Part shown: positions 27,869 through 36,230 of the stretch, piece after piece
Layout: every line of letters starts with the position of its first letter
How positions within the stretch are numbered: position 1 is the stretch's first letter
DNA from: an uncultured Acidobacteriota bacterium
Lineage (GTDB): Bacteria; Acidobacteriota; Vicinamibacteria; Vicinamibacterales; UBA2999
Reading direction: 5' to 3'
NCBI GenBank assembly: GCA_963709325.1
Contig: CAVPVV010000003.1
Coordinates: 4,358,638-4,422,637 of the forward strand
DNA: 64,000 nt
Notes under the pieces: model-generated
The model's input: the letters and a program-made list of their open reading frames with translations, nothing else
The model's database searches: none
What the model was told of the DNA's origin: nothing
Made by a program: the position numbers and the translations under genes

Positions 27869-27958
27869 ATGATGAAGATGCAGATGGGCCACATGATGGA
27901 CCACACGCGGGCCGGCCCCGGCGCGGTGATGTGGCCGATGATGAAAGAGCGCGACTAG
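27869..27958 (+). CDS. candidate 29-codon Met/His-rich small ORF (MMKMQMGHMMDHTRAGPGAVMWPMMKERD)
   Basis: Read by hand; it is below the ORF-track size cutoff. 9 Met and 2 His in 29 residues, in a high-GC genome. The RBS is weak. It overlaps ORF 27796..27981 in another frame. Confidence 0.3.
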   Translation: MMKMQMGHMMDHTRAGPGAVMWPMMKERD

Positions 27959-27977
27959 CGCGACGGAGCGAGGTCGT

Positions 27978-28368
27978 ATGAGTCACGACGTTGGGATTCT
28001 GGATCGACCACAAGCGGGCCGTCATCGTGCATGCCTCGGCGGAGGGCACCACCGCCACCGAGACCATGGAGTCCGAAGTCGGCGCGCATCCTCATTTCGG
28101 CGGCCAGCAGGATGGCGGAGGCGAGAAGAAGTACGAGGAACGACACGGCCAGAATCTGGACCGGTACTTCGATGCCGTCATCGATCAGCTGGCGGGCCCC
28201 GACAGACTGCTGATTCTCGGCCCAGGTGAGGCGAAGGGTGAACTCGAGCGCCGTTTCCGCCACTCCAAGGCGCATGCGGGGTGCGTGGTCGATGTCGAGA
28301 CCGCCGACAAGCTCACGGATTCGCAGGTTGTGGCCCGGGTGAAGGAATATTTCGGGATTGAGCGCTGA
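27978..28368 (+). CDS. small baeRF/eRF1-like ('translational machinery protein'-type) hypothetical protein, N-terminus apparently shifted by one base near 27990-27995
   Basis: Motifs WIDHKRAVIV, LLILGPGEAKGELERRF and VDVETADKLTDSQVVARVKEYF. The ATG at 27978 has a GGAGCGAGG RBS but is +1 out of frame with the body, which otherwise would start at TTG 27991 with no RBS. Confidence 0.6.
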
Positions 28369-28370
28369 GC

Positions 28371-28904
28371 ATGGGGCCGCGATCGGTTGCCGGTCAGGCG
28401 GAGGCCTCCCCCTTTCGGGTGGCTTGTGTCGCGGTTCTGGTCCTGCTCGCCGTGGCCTGTGCGCACAGCAAGCCCGCGACGACGGTCGCGCCGCCCGCAC
28501 CAGCAGTCGCTGCGCCCGCACCCGGTGCCAGAACGCCGGCGCCCCCAGCCGTGACCAAGGGAGCCCCGCCGTCGGCGCCCGCAACCGTCCCCTCTCCTCC
28601 CCCCGGGCTCGATCTGAACGCACTGAAGGAACGGCTCAAAGACACCAGGGCCATTGGTTTCTTCACCAAGCTCACGCTCAAGAACCAGGTCGACGATCTG
28701 ATGGACCGGTTCCGCGCCTACCACCAGGGGAAGGCGACGGTCACCATCGCCGACCTCCGCCGGTCCTACGAGCTGATGCTGATGAAGGTGCTCTCGCTGC
28801 TGCAGGACGAGGACCCGGGGCTAGCGTCGGCCATCGTATCTTCGCGCGAGGCGATCTGGAGGATGCTGGTGGACCCGAAGAAGTTCGCGACCCTCCAGGG
28901 CTGA
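28371..28904 (+). CDS. lipoprotein, hypothetical (Pro/Ala-rich linker plus helical domain)
   Basis: Lipobox-like VLLAVAC, a long APPAPAV-type linker and a C-terminal helical region. No recognised family. Confidence 0.7.
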   Translation: MGPRSVAGQAEASPFRVACVAVLVLLAVACAHSKPATTVAPPAPAVAAPAPGARTPAPPAVTKGAPPSAPATVPSPPPGLDLNALKERLKDTRAIGFFTKLTLKNQVDDLMDRFRAYHQGKATVTIADLRRSYELMLMKVLSLLQDEDPGLASAIVSSREAIWRMLVDPKKFATLQG

Positions 28905-28919
28905 GTGCGGGAGACAACC

Positions 28920-29177
28920 ATGAATGCACGTGCTGTTGCTCTCGCCCAATCGCTCGTCGTGGCCGCGTTGCTCACTGTCCCGCCAGGTTCCCAGGACGAC
29001 GAGGCGCTCAAGAAGGACCTGACCGCGGTCATCGCGCTCCACGGGTTGCCATGCGGTCAGGTCGTCGACGTCAAGGTGCTGGCCGACAGCGACTACGCCG
29101 CCACATGCAAGGACGGCAACAGATATCGCGTGTACTTGAACGCCGAAGGACGGGTGGTCGTCGAGCCGCAGAAGTAG
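28920..29177 (+). CDS. small exported hypothetical protein
   Basis: Signal-like MNARAVALAQSLVVAALLTV, two Cys and a compact beta-rich tail. Confidence 0.6.
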   Translation: MNARAVALAQSLVVAALLTVPPGSQDDEALKKDLTAVIALHGLPCGQVVDVKVLADSDYAATCKDGNRYRVYLNAEGRVVVEPQK

Positions 29178-29179
29178 CC

Positions 29180-30175
29180 TCAGCGTGTGCTCACCGGCGC
29201 CTGCCGAACCGAGACGACGATGGACCCGCTGCGGCTGGTCAGCTTCATGTGTGGACCGCCTCCGGCAATGGCACCAACCACGTGCCGTTTGGACACCGAA
29301 CCCTGCACGGACGCGCCGATGACCGTGACCGATCCAGACTTGCTGTTTGCATCCAGCGTGAACGGTACGGAGGCGTCGGTGGCGATGTCGACGCTTCCCG
29401 ACCCTGCGGAGACGGCCCAATCGTGTCTGGGCACGCCTTGCAGCGAGACGCGACCGCTCTCGGTGGCGGCGATGACCCCGCCGCGAATGCCGCTCACCCG
29501 AATCGCGCTGGAACCGGTTTCGATATCCACGTCGCCTTCGCCGGACAGCGCGGCATCGACGGCGCCGCTCGAGGTGCGAACCCGGAGATCGCCTGCCACC
29601 GAACGAGCCGTGATACTGCTGCTGTTCGTCGTGACTGTGAGGGAACTGGCGACGCCGTCCACGGTCACCGATCCAGACCCGGTGGTGACCGCGGCGGTGC
29701 CCCCGAGCTGCATCACGTCGACCGCGCCCGACTGCGTGCGAATCACGACGGCTCGGGCCACGGCACGCACGGTCGTTGCGCCCGACTCGCTCGTCGTCGT
29801 GACCTCGGTCTCGGCAGGAACACGGACCTGGTAGCTGACCGTCACCGCGCGCTGCTCCGCTGGGTCGGCGGGAGAACGTAACCTCAAGGCCTGCCCTTCG
29901 CGCTCGATTGGCGGGTTGTCGGCAACCTTCCGCGCAAGATCCACCGCGTTGGCTGGTACGTTCCAATCGACGCGGACGGTCGCCGTGCCCACGACGACAA
30001 TCCGCCCCGGCTCGCCAGGGGTGACCTCAATCTTGCCGCGAATCGTCGAGACATCGAGCACGGACGGACCGGTCACATCGAACGATCGCTCGAATCGGAA
30101 CCGCTGCGCCAGTGCCGGCGAAACGCTGCCGGCCACGGACGCGATGATCGCGAGGGATATGATGCCTGTACGCAT
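29180..30175 (-). CDS. DUF4097-like exported protein (repetitive beta-helix, putative adhesin)
   Basis: Signal peptide, then many SGSV/SGAVD-type repeats (TGSGSVTVDG, TSSGAVDAAL, ETGSSAIRVSG, SGSVDIA, KSGSVTV, RSGSIVV). Confidence 0.75.
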   Translation of the reverse strand: MRTGIISLAIIASVAGSVSPALAQRFRFERSFDVTGPSVLDVSTIRGKIEVTPGEPGRIVVVGTATVRVDWNVPANAVDLARKVADNPPIEREGQALRLRSPADPAEQRAVTVSYQVRVPAETEVTTTSESGATTVRAVARAVVIRTQSGAVDVMQLGGTAAVTTGSGSVTVDGVASSLTVTTNSSSITARSVAGDLRVRTSSGAVDAALSGEGDVDIETGSSAIRVSGIRGGVIAATESGRVSLQGVPRHDWAVSAGSGSVDIATDASVPFTLDANSKSGSVTVIGASVQGSVSKRHVVGAIAGGGPHMKLTSRSGSIVVSVRQAPVSTR

Positions 30176-30251
30176 GAATCCACTGTAAGGCCTTGCGTTC
30201 AGCAGGGATGTGCCGGATTGAACGCGGAAGGCCAGTCACGGTGACCCTGGG

Positions 30252-31910
30252 ATGATCAACGTCAGCCCCCTTGCCGGCAAGCCGGCTCCAGCCTCGATGC
30301 TGGTCAACGTCCCGAGACTGGTGACGGCGTACTACGCGGAGCATCCAGACCCCTCTGTCGCGGCGGAGCGGGTCGCGTTCGGGACGTCAGGGCACCGCGG
30401 CTCGTCGTTCGACCGCCGCTTCAACGAGGCGCACGTCCTGGCCATCACCCAGGCTATTTGTTCTTATCGGCGGGCCCACGAGATTGACGGGCCGCTTTTC
30501 ATGGGGATGGACACGCACGCGCTGTCCGAGCCGGCCTTTGCGAGTGCCCTCGAGGTGTTGGCCGCCAATGGCGTCGAGGTGATGATCGACCGCGCTCGCG
30601 GCCCCACGCCGACCCCCGTCATTTCGCACGCCATCCTTTGCTACAACCGCGGCCGTCGATCCGGGTTGGCTGACGGGATCGTCGTCACGCCCTCGCACAA
30701 CCCGCCCGAAGACGGCGGCTTCAAATACAATCCGCCCACGGGCGGCCCCGCTGACACCGACGTGACTGGCTGGATCGAGCGGACCGCGAATGAACTGCTC
30801 GCCGAAGATCTGCGCTCGGTCCGTCGCATGCCTTTCGATCGCGCGCACCGCGCGTCGAGCACGCATCTCCACGACTACCTTACGCCGTACGTCGACGACC
30901 TCTCGAGCGTCGTGGACATGGAGGCCATCCGCGGCGCCGGCGTGAGGATTGGGGTGGATCCGCTCGGTGGCGCCGGCCTGCGCTACTGGGAGCCGATCGT
31001 CTCTCGCTACGGGATCGCGGCGACCGTGGTGAACGACGCGATCGACCCGACGTTCCGCTTCATGACCGTGGATTGGGACGGCAAGATCCGGACCGATTGC
31101 TCGTCACCGTACGCCATGGTGCCGCTCGTGGCCCTGCGCGATCGCTTCGACGTGGCGTTCGCCAACGACGCCGACCAGGATCGCCACGGGATCGTCACGC
31201 CGACGGCGGGATTGATGGATCCCAATCACTACCTGGCCGTCGCGATTTCCTACCTGTTCACGCATCGCCCCCAGTGGTCGACCGAGGCCGCGGTCGGCAA
31301 GACCGTGGTCAGCAGCGCCATCATCGACCGCGTGGCAAAGGGAGCAGGACGCCGTCTTCTTGAAGTCCCGGTCGGGTTCAAATGGTTCGTCGACGGTCTG
31401 CTGCACGGCACGCTCGGCTTCGGCGGCGAGGAAAGCGCCGGGGCGTCGTGCCTGCGCATCGACGGCACGACGTGGACCACCGACAAGGACGGCATCGTGC
31501 TCGGCCTGCTCGCGGCCGAGATTACGGCCACGCTTGGCGTCGATCCTGGAGCACGCTACGTCGAGCTGACCCGCGAGCTAGGAACGCCGGCCTACGAGCG
31601 AATCGATGCACCCGCGACGCCGGAACAGAAGCGGCTCCTCGTGCAGCTCTCTCGTGACCAGGTCGACGCCAGTGATCTGGCGGGCGAAGCCATTCGCGCG
31701 GTCCTGACAACGGCGCCCGGCAACGGCGAGTCCATCGGCGGGCTGAAAGTGATCGCCGACGACGGATGGTTTGCCGTGCGCCCGTCGGGCACGGAGGAGG
31801 TGTACAAGCTGTACGCGGAGAGTTTCCGCGACCGCCCGCATCTCGAACGGATTCAGGCGGAGGCGCAAGCGCTCGTGACCCGGCTCTTCGCGCAGCAGGA
31901 GCGACCGTGA
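30252..31910 (+). CDS. pgm: phosphoglucomutase, alpha-D-glucose phosphate-specific
   Basis: Active-site loop [15 protein letters not shown], metal loop and sugar-binding GEESAG, in a 552-aa intact ORF. Confidence 0.9.
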   Translation: MINVSPLAGKPAPASMLVNVPRLVTAYYAEHPDPSVAAERVAFGTSGHRGSSFDRRFNEAHVLAITQAICSYRRAHEIDGPLFMGMDTHALSEPAFASALEVLAANGVEVMIDRARGPTPTPVISHAILCYNRGRRSGLADGIVVTPSHNPPEDGGFKYNPPTGGPADTDVTGWIERTANELLAEDLRSVRRMPFDRAHRASSTHLHDYLTPYVDDLSSVVDMEAIRGAGVRIGVDPLGGAGLRYWEPIVSRYGIAATVVNDAIDPTFRFMTVDWDGKIRTDCSSPYAMVPLVALRDRFDVAFANDADQDRHGIVTPTAGLMDPNHYLAVAISYLFTHRPQWSTEAAVGKTVVSSAIIDRVAKGAGRRLLEVPVGFKWFVDGLLHGTLGFGGEESAGASCLRIDGTTWTTDKDGIVLGLLAAEITATLGVDPGARYVELTRELGTPAYERIDAPATPEQKRLLVQLSRDQVDASDLAGEAIRAVLTTAPGNGESIGGLKVIADDGWFAVRPSGTEEVYKLYAESFRDRPHLERIQAEAQALVTRLFAQQERP

Positions 31911-31966
31911 GCAAATGGAATTCATGCTGGGCGTTGCGCTGTCCCCAGTCCTGACCACCGCCCGCA

Positions 31967-32551
31967 TCAGTGGCGCGCCGCCGAGCGGCGCCCGGCAATC
32001 CATCGCCTGAACCGGAACGCATTCTCCGGCAGGTGCAGGTCCATGCCGTAGTGATTCGGGCCGACGGGGGCGACTTTCGCGACGATCACGCTGAGATCGT
32101 TGCGGGCGAACGCGTCGATGGCCGCCTCGCCAAAACCCATGACGGTATCGACGCTGGTCACGTGCTCGATACCCGCGCCGCGGGCGAGCGCGGCGAGGTC
32201 GGTGATACCGGAGGTCGTGTGCGAATCGAAGCCGCCGGTCGAGAGCAGGCTACCGTTGTCGAAGATGATGTGCACCAGGTTCTTCGGCCGGTATCGCGCC
32301 AGGGTGGCCAGCGTCCCGAGGTTCATCAGGACCGAGCCGTCCCCATCGAGCACGACGACGCGCTCGTGCGGGACGTGGATGGCCAGGCCGAGGCCGATTG
32401 AGGAGGCCAGCCCCATCGCGTGCTGCAAATAGAAGAAGTTCTCCTTGTGTCCGAGGTCGTACAACTCCTGCGCGCACGCACCCATGATCGTGACGACCAG
32501 CTTGTCGTCGAGCTCCGGGTGCAGCATCCCGATGCACTCCGCGCGCTTCAT
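31967..32551 (-). CDS. TPP-dependent decarboxylase beta subunit (sulfopyruvate/phosphonopyruvate decarboxylase-like)
   Basis: TPP motif VLDGDGSVLMNLGTLATL...IIFDNGSL. Its start overlaps the stop of the alpha subunit gene. Confidence 0.75.
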   Translation of the reverse strand: MKRAECIGMLHPELDDKLVVTIMGACAQELYDLGHKENFFYLQHAMGLASSIGLGLAIHVPHERVVVLDGDGSVLMNLGTLATLARYRPKNLVHIIFDNGSLLSTGGFDSHTTSGITDLAALARGAGIEHVTSVDTVMGFGEAAIDAFARNDLSVIVAKVAPVGPNHYGMDLHLPENAFRFRRWIAGRRSAARH

Positions 32552-33063
32552 GGCGCCTCCTCCATCAGGTCGCGGGTGAGGAGCAGCGCGACGGGGGCGA
32601 GCGCGCTCTGGGAAAAGGTGTAGGCTTCGCGGATCTGCCGGCCGACCTCCGTCGGGTCGCGCGCGTACTCAAAGGGGATGCCGAGCGCCCGCAGCACACC
32701 TTCGGTGACGATGCCGCCGCGGGTGTGCCACGGATAGGGCTCGCCCCAGTGCCCGCGGAGCGCGATCAGCATGCAGAGCGGAATCGAGTAGAGCTGCGCG
32801 AGCGACACGATGCCATTGATCGCGGCCAGGAACCCGTGGTTCTGCATCAGCAGCACGTGCCGCTCGCCGGCGAAGTAGGCGCCCGCGGCAATGCCGATGG
32901 CTTCCTCTTCCTTGGCCACCTGAATCAGCGTGACGTCGGCGTCCCGCTCGGCCTGCTGCAGGAGGAGCCCGAGCCATGTCTCCGGCAGCGCCGAGAGCGA
33001 GGTGATGCCCGCGGCCTTGATGCCCTGGAACACGGCTTTCGAGTTCTCGTAGGAAACCGACAT
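32548..33063 (-). CDS. TPP-dependent decarboxylase alpha subunit (sulfopyruvate decarboxylase-like, pyrimidine-binding half)
   Basis: TPP_enzyme_N-like sequence (ALPETWLGLLL...KEEEAIGIAAGAYFAG...LMQNHG). Confidence 0.75.
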   Translation of the reverse strand: MSVSYENSKAVFQGIKAAGITSLSALPETWLGLLLQQAERDADVTLIQVAKEEEAIGIAAGAYFAGERHVLLMQNHGFLAAINGIVSLAQLYSIPLCMLIALRGHWGEPYPWHTRGGIVTEGVLRALGIPFEYARDPTEVGRQIREAYTFSQSALAPVALLLTRDLMEEAP

Positions 33064-33274
33064 CGTGCCTCCCGTCCGGACGTGGCAGTGTACGTCATCG
33101 ACCAGGCGTCGTCACTCGTCCGGAGGAGAGACACGGTACACATTTCAATGTCGTTCGCCGGCCCAGCCTAACCTTGAGCCCTTGTCTTCCTCGTCCTGCC
33201 GGTCGGACTCGGCCGGACAGGGATGTCACTTCCTGTATGCTGCTCCGGCACTCATCAATCGACTGGAGGTCGCG

Positions 33275-34030
33275 ATGCCGGCCGCAGCCTGGTTCCTCGC
33301 CATTCAAATGGTCGTGGGCGTCGATCCGACGGCGCGCCCGAAGGTCACCGCACAGGAGGTCGACCGCGGGCGCGCCCTCTTCCAGGCCCAGTGCGCCTAC
33401 TGTCACGGCGAGGATGGTGCGGGCGGCCGTGGCGCCAACCTCGCGCGCCCGGTGCTGCGTCGCGCGTCCACCGACGAGATGCTGTTTCGCGTCGTCAACC
33501 GAGGCATCCCGGGGACGGGCATGCCTGGCAACGCGATGAGCGCGCGTGAAGTCTGGCAGGTGGTCGCCTACGTGCGCAGCCTGGGACGCCTCCGCCGCGA
33601 ACCGCTGCGGGGCGACGCGGCCCGAGGCGCGGAGGTCTACAAGGCCCAGGGGTGTGCCGCGTGTCACACGGTCGGCGGCCGCGGCGGCCCCACGGGGCCG
33701 GATCTGACCGACGTCGGGACCCGCTCGAGTCCCGCGTTTCTCCGAAGGTCGCTCATCGACCCGGCGGCGGACCTTCCCACCGGATTCATGCAGGTGCATG
33801 CCGTTACGAAGACCGGCCAGCGTCTCTCGGGCGTGCGCGTGAACGAGGATCCCTTCTCCGTTCAGTTCAGGGACGCCACCGGCATGCTGCACTCCTACTT
33901 CAAGGATCAACTACTGGAATTCACGCGCGAGTCCACTGAAACGCCGATGCCCAGCTATCGTGAGCGTCTGGAGCCCGGAGATCTCGACGATCTGGTGGCC
34001 TACCTCGTGTCCCTGGAGGGCATGCGATGA
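33275..34030 (+). CDS. exported di-heme c-type cytochrome
   Basis: GGAGG RBS. Two CxxCH motifs (CAYCHG, CAACHT). The stop overlaps the PQQ dehydrogenase start (ATGA). Confidence 0.85.
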   Translation: MPAAAWFLAIQMVVGVDPTARPKVTAQEVDRGRALFQAQCAYCHGEDGAGGRGANLARPVLRRASTDEMLFRVVNRGIPGTGMPGNAMSAREVWQVVAYVRSLGRLRREPLRGDAARGAEVYKAQGCAACHTVGGRGGPTGPDLTDVGTRSSPAFLRRSLIDPAADLPTGFMQVHAVTKTGQRLSGVRVNEDPFSVQFRDATGMLHSYFKDQLLEFTRESTETPMPSYRERLEPGDLDDLVAYLVSLEGMR

Positions 34031-35619
34031 AGTCCGTAATAGCCATCTCCATCGGGTTGCTGCTGACCGCTCACGTGTCGGCGCAACTGAGCTACGACCG
34101 CATCCGCCAGGCCGACCGTGAGCCGGGCCACTGGTTGACCTACCACGGCACCTACGATGGCAAGCGCTACTCCACGCTCGACGAGATCGACCGGACCAAT
34201 GTCCAGCGCCTCCGCCCGGTGTGGATGTACCAGGTGCAGGGACGCCATCACTTCGAGGCCACGCCCCTCGTGTTCGACGGCGTGATGTACCTCACCGATC
34301 CACCGAGCGACGTGGTCGCGCTCGACGTCAAGACAGGGCGGCCGATCTGGACCTACCGGCGGACGCTTCCGGACGATGTACGGGCGTGCTGCGGTCAGGT
34401 GAATCGGGGCGTGGCCGCCCTCGGCGATCTGATCTTCATCGCGACCATCGATGCCCACCTGGTCGCGCTCGACATGCGCACCGGCCGGGTCCGGTGGGAC
34501 ATCGAAGTCGCCGACTACAAGACGGGGCACTCGATGACGGGCGCGCCACTGGCGGTGAAGGACAAGATCATCATCGGCATCGCGGGCGCGGAGTACGGGA
34601 TCCGCGGCTTTCTCGACGCCTACGACGCCAGCACGGGAAAGCGGGCGTGGCGCCTCTGGACCGTTCCGGGACCGGGCGAGCCCGGCCACGAGACCTGGTC
34701 GGGTGACAGCTGGAAATACGGCGGCGCGACGACATGGGTGACTGGCGCGTACGACCCCGACACGAACCTCACCTACTGGGGTACGGGCAACCCGGGTCCC
34801 GACTTCATCGGCGACGTCCGGAACGGCGACAACCTGTACTCCGATTCTCTGATTGCCGTCGACGTCGACACTGGTCGGCTCGCGTGGCATTTCCAGTTCA
34901 TTCCGCACGACGTCAACGACATCGACTCGACGGAAATTCCCGTCCTGATCGACGCCGAGTTCCGCGGACGGCTGCGCAAGCTCCTGCTCTTTGCGAACCG
35001 CAACGGGTTCTACTACATCTTCGACCGCGTCACGGGCGAGTACCTGCACGCCCAGACATTCGCGCGCCAGACCTGGGCGAAGGGGCTCGACGGGAAGGGG
35101 CGCCCGACTCCCAATCCGGACGCCGCGCCGAGCCCGCAAGGCGGGCTCGTCTACCCCGACGATGACGGGTACACGAACTGGTTCAGCCCGTCCTACAGTC
35201 CGCAAACGAAGACGTTCTACCAGAACGTGCGCGAGAAGGGCGGCATCTACTACCGCAACGAAGCGGTGTACCAGCCTGGACGGATGTACCTCGGCGCGAG
35301 CAAGCGCGCCGTTCCCGGTGAGGAGCCGTGGGGCGCGCTGCGCGCTCTCGATCCGCTGTCAGGCGAGGTGAAATGGGAATTCAGAGTCACCACACCGCCC
35401 TGGTGCGGTCTGCTCTCGACGGCCGGCCGACTCGTCTTCTCAGGCACGATGGAAGGGATGTTCTTCGCGCTCGACGCCGAGTCGGGCACGCCCGTGTGGC
35501 GATTCCAGACCGGGGGCGAGATCTGGTCGAACCCGATCAGCTACCAGGTCGACGGCCACCAGTACATCGCCATTGCCGCGGGAAATGCGCTGGTCGTGTT
35601 CGGACTCGATGGGGCGTGA
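34027..35619 (+). CDS. PQQ-dependent dehydrogenase, methanol/ethanol family
   Basis: Signal peptide, vicinal Cys RACCGQVNRG, and W-motif propeller repeats. The active-site region PHDVNDIDS aligns with the PHDEWDYDG type. Confidence 0.88.
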   Translation: MKSVIAISIGLLLTAHVSAQLSYDRIRQADREPGHWLTYHGTYDGKRYSTLDEIDRTNVQRLRPVWMYQVQGRHHFEATPLVFDGVMYLTDPPSDVVALDVKTGRPIWTYRRTLPDDVRACCGQVNRGVAALGDLIFIATIDAHLVALDMRTGRVRWDIEVADYKTGHSMTGAPLAVKDKIIIGIAGAEYGIRGFLDAYDASTGKRAWRLWTVPGPGEPGHETWSGDSWKYGGATTWVTGAYDPDTNLTYWGTGNPGPDFIGDVRNGDNLYSDSLIAVDVDTGRLAWHFQFIPHDVNDIDSTEIPVLIDAEFRGRLRKLLLFANRNGFYYIFDRVTGEYLHAQTFARQTWAKGLDGKGRPTPNPDAAPSPQGGLVYPDDDGYTNWFSPSYSPQTKTFYQNVREKGGIYYRNEAVYQPGRMYLGASKRAVPGEEPWGALRALDPLSGEVKWEFRVTTPPWCGLLSTAGRLVFSGTMEGMFFALDAESGTPVWRFQTGGEIWSNPISYQVDGHQYIAIAAGNALVVFGLDGA

Positions 35620-35981
35620 TGGAGAGCCTCCCGGCGGCGCCGCGCACCGACAGCTATCGGATCGCCGGCGGCGAGTGCGGTCCGGGCCGACATCGGGGTG
35701 ATTGTCCTCGAGCGCGCTGGGTTTCTTCACGCGCATGGGCCCCGGCGCCTGGGTGAGATCCGGAGGGAGCGCGATGCGGAGGCGCGTCGAGTCAATGGAT
35801 CGAAGGCGGAGTGGCGCAGACGCGGTGTGTCGCGCGCCGAGATTCTGTCCGGCGATCCTCGTGTGGCGGTGTCGCTCCCGCGCACATGGGAGTCGCCCAA
35901 CCGATATCGGCGACTGGTCGTCGATGCTGGGCGTGCCCGCCGCTGCTCGGCGCCGGCCCCGAGCGACGACCCGTAGCGGGG

Positions 35982-36215
35982 CTACGCCGTACGAAGTGCG
36001 GTGCCGCGCGCGACCACGCTGGCGGCGTATTCGGCGACGGTTGCGAGACGGGCGGCATCCCACCGCTGACCGCATCGGCCGCACTGCCACTCGGCGCCTC
36101 CCTGGGGCAAGGCAAATGACTGCGTCGTGTGACACAGCGGGCAGATGGCTGGCTGCAGGACGTCCGGGTCGAGCTCGATTGTGGTCGTTCGCGAGGGTGA
36201 GAGTGGTCGTTGCAT
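35982..36215 (-). CDS. small zinc-ribbon hypothetical protein
   Basis: CPLC...CGRC pairs in a 77-aa ORF directly downstream of 36231..36914. Confidence 0.5.
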   Translation of the reverse strand: MQRPLSPSRTTTIELDPDVLQPAICPLCHTTQSFALPQGGAEWQCGRCGQRWDAARLATVAEYAASVVARGTALRTA

Positions 36216-36230
36216 GGGTGTCTCCTTCAG

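Noticed and set aside
28440-28620. Pro/Ala-rich repetitive DNA, considered as a repeat element.
   Set aside because: It is in frame within the lipoprotein gene and encodes a typical flexible APPAP linker. It has no inverted partner.
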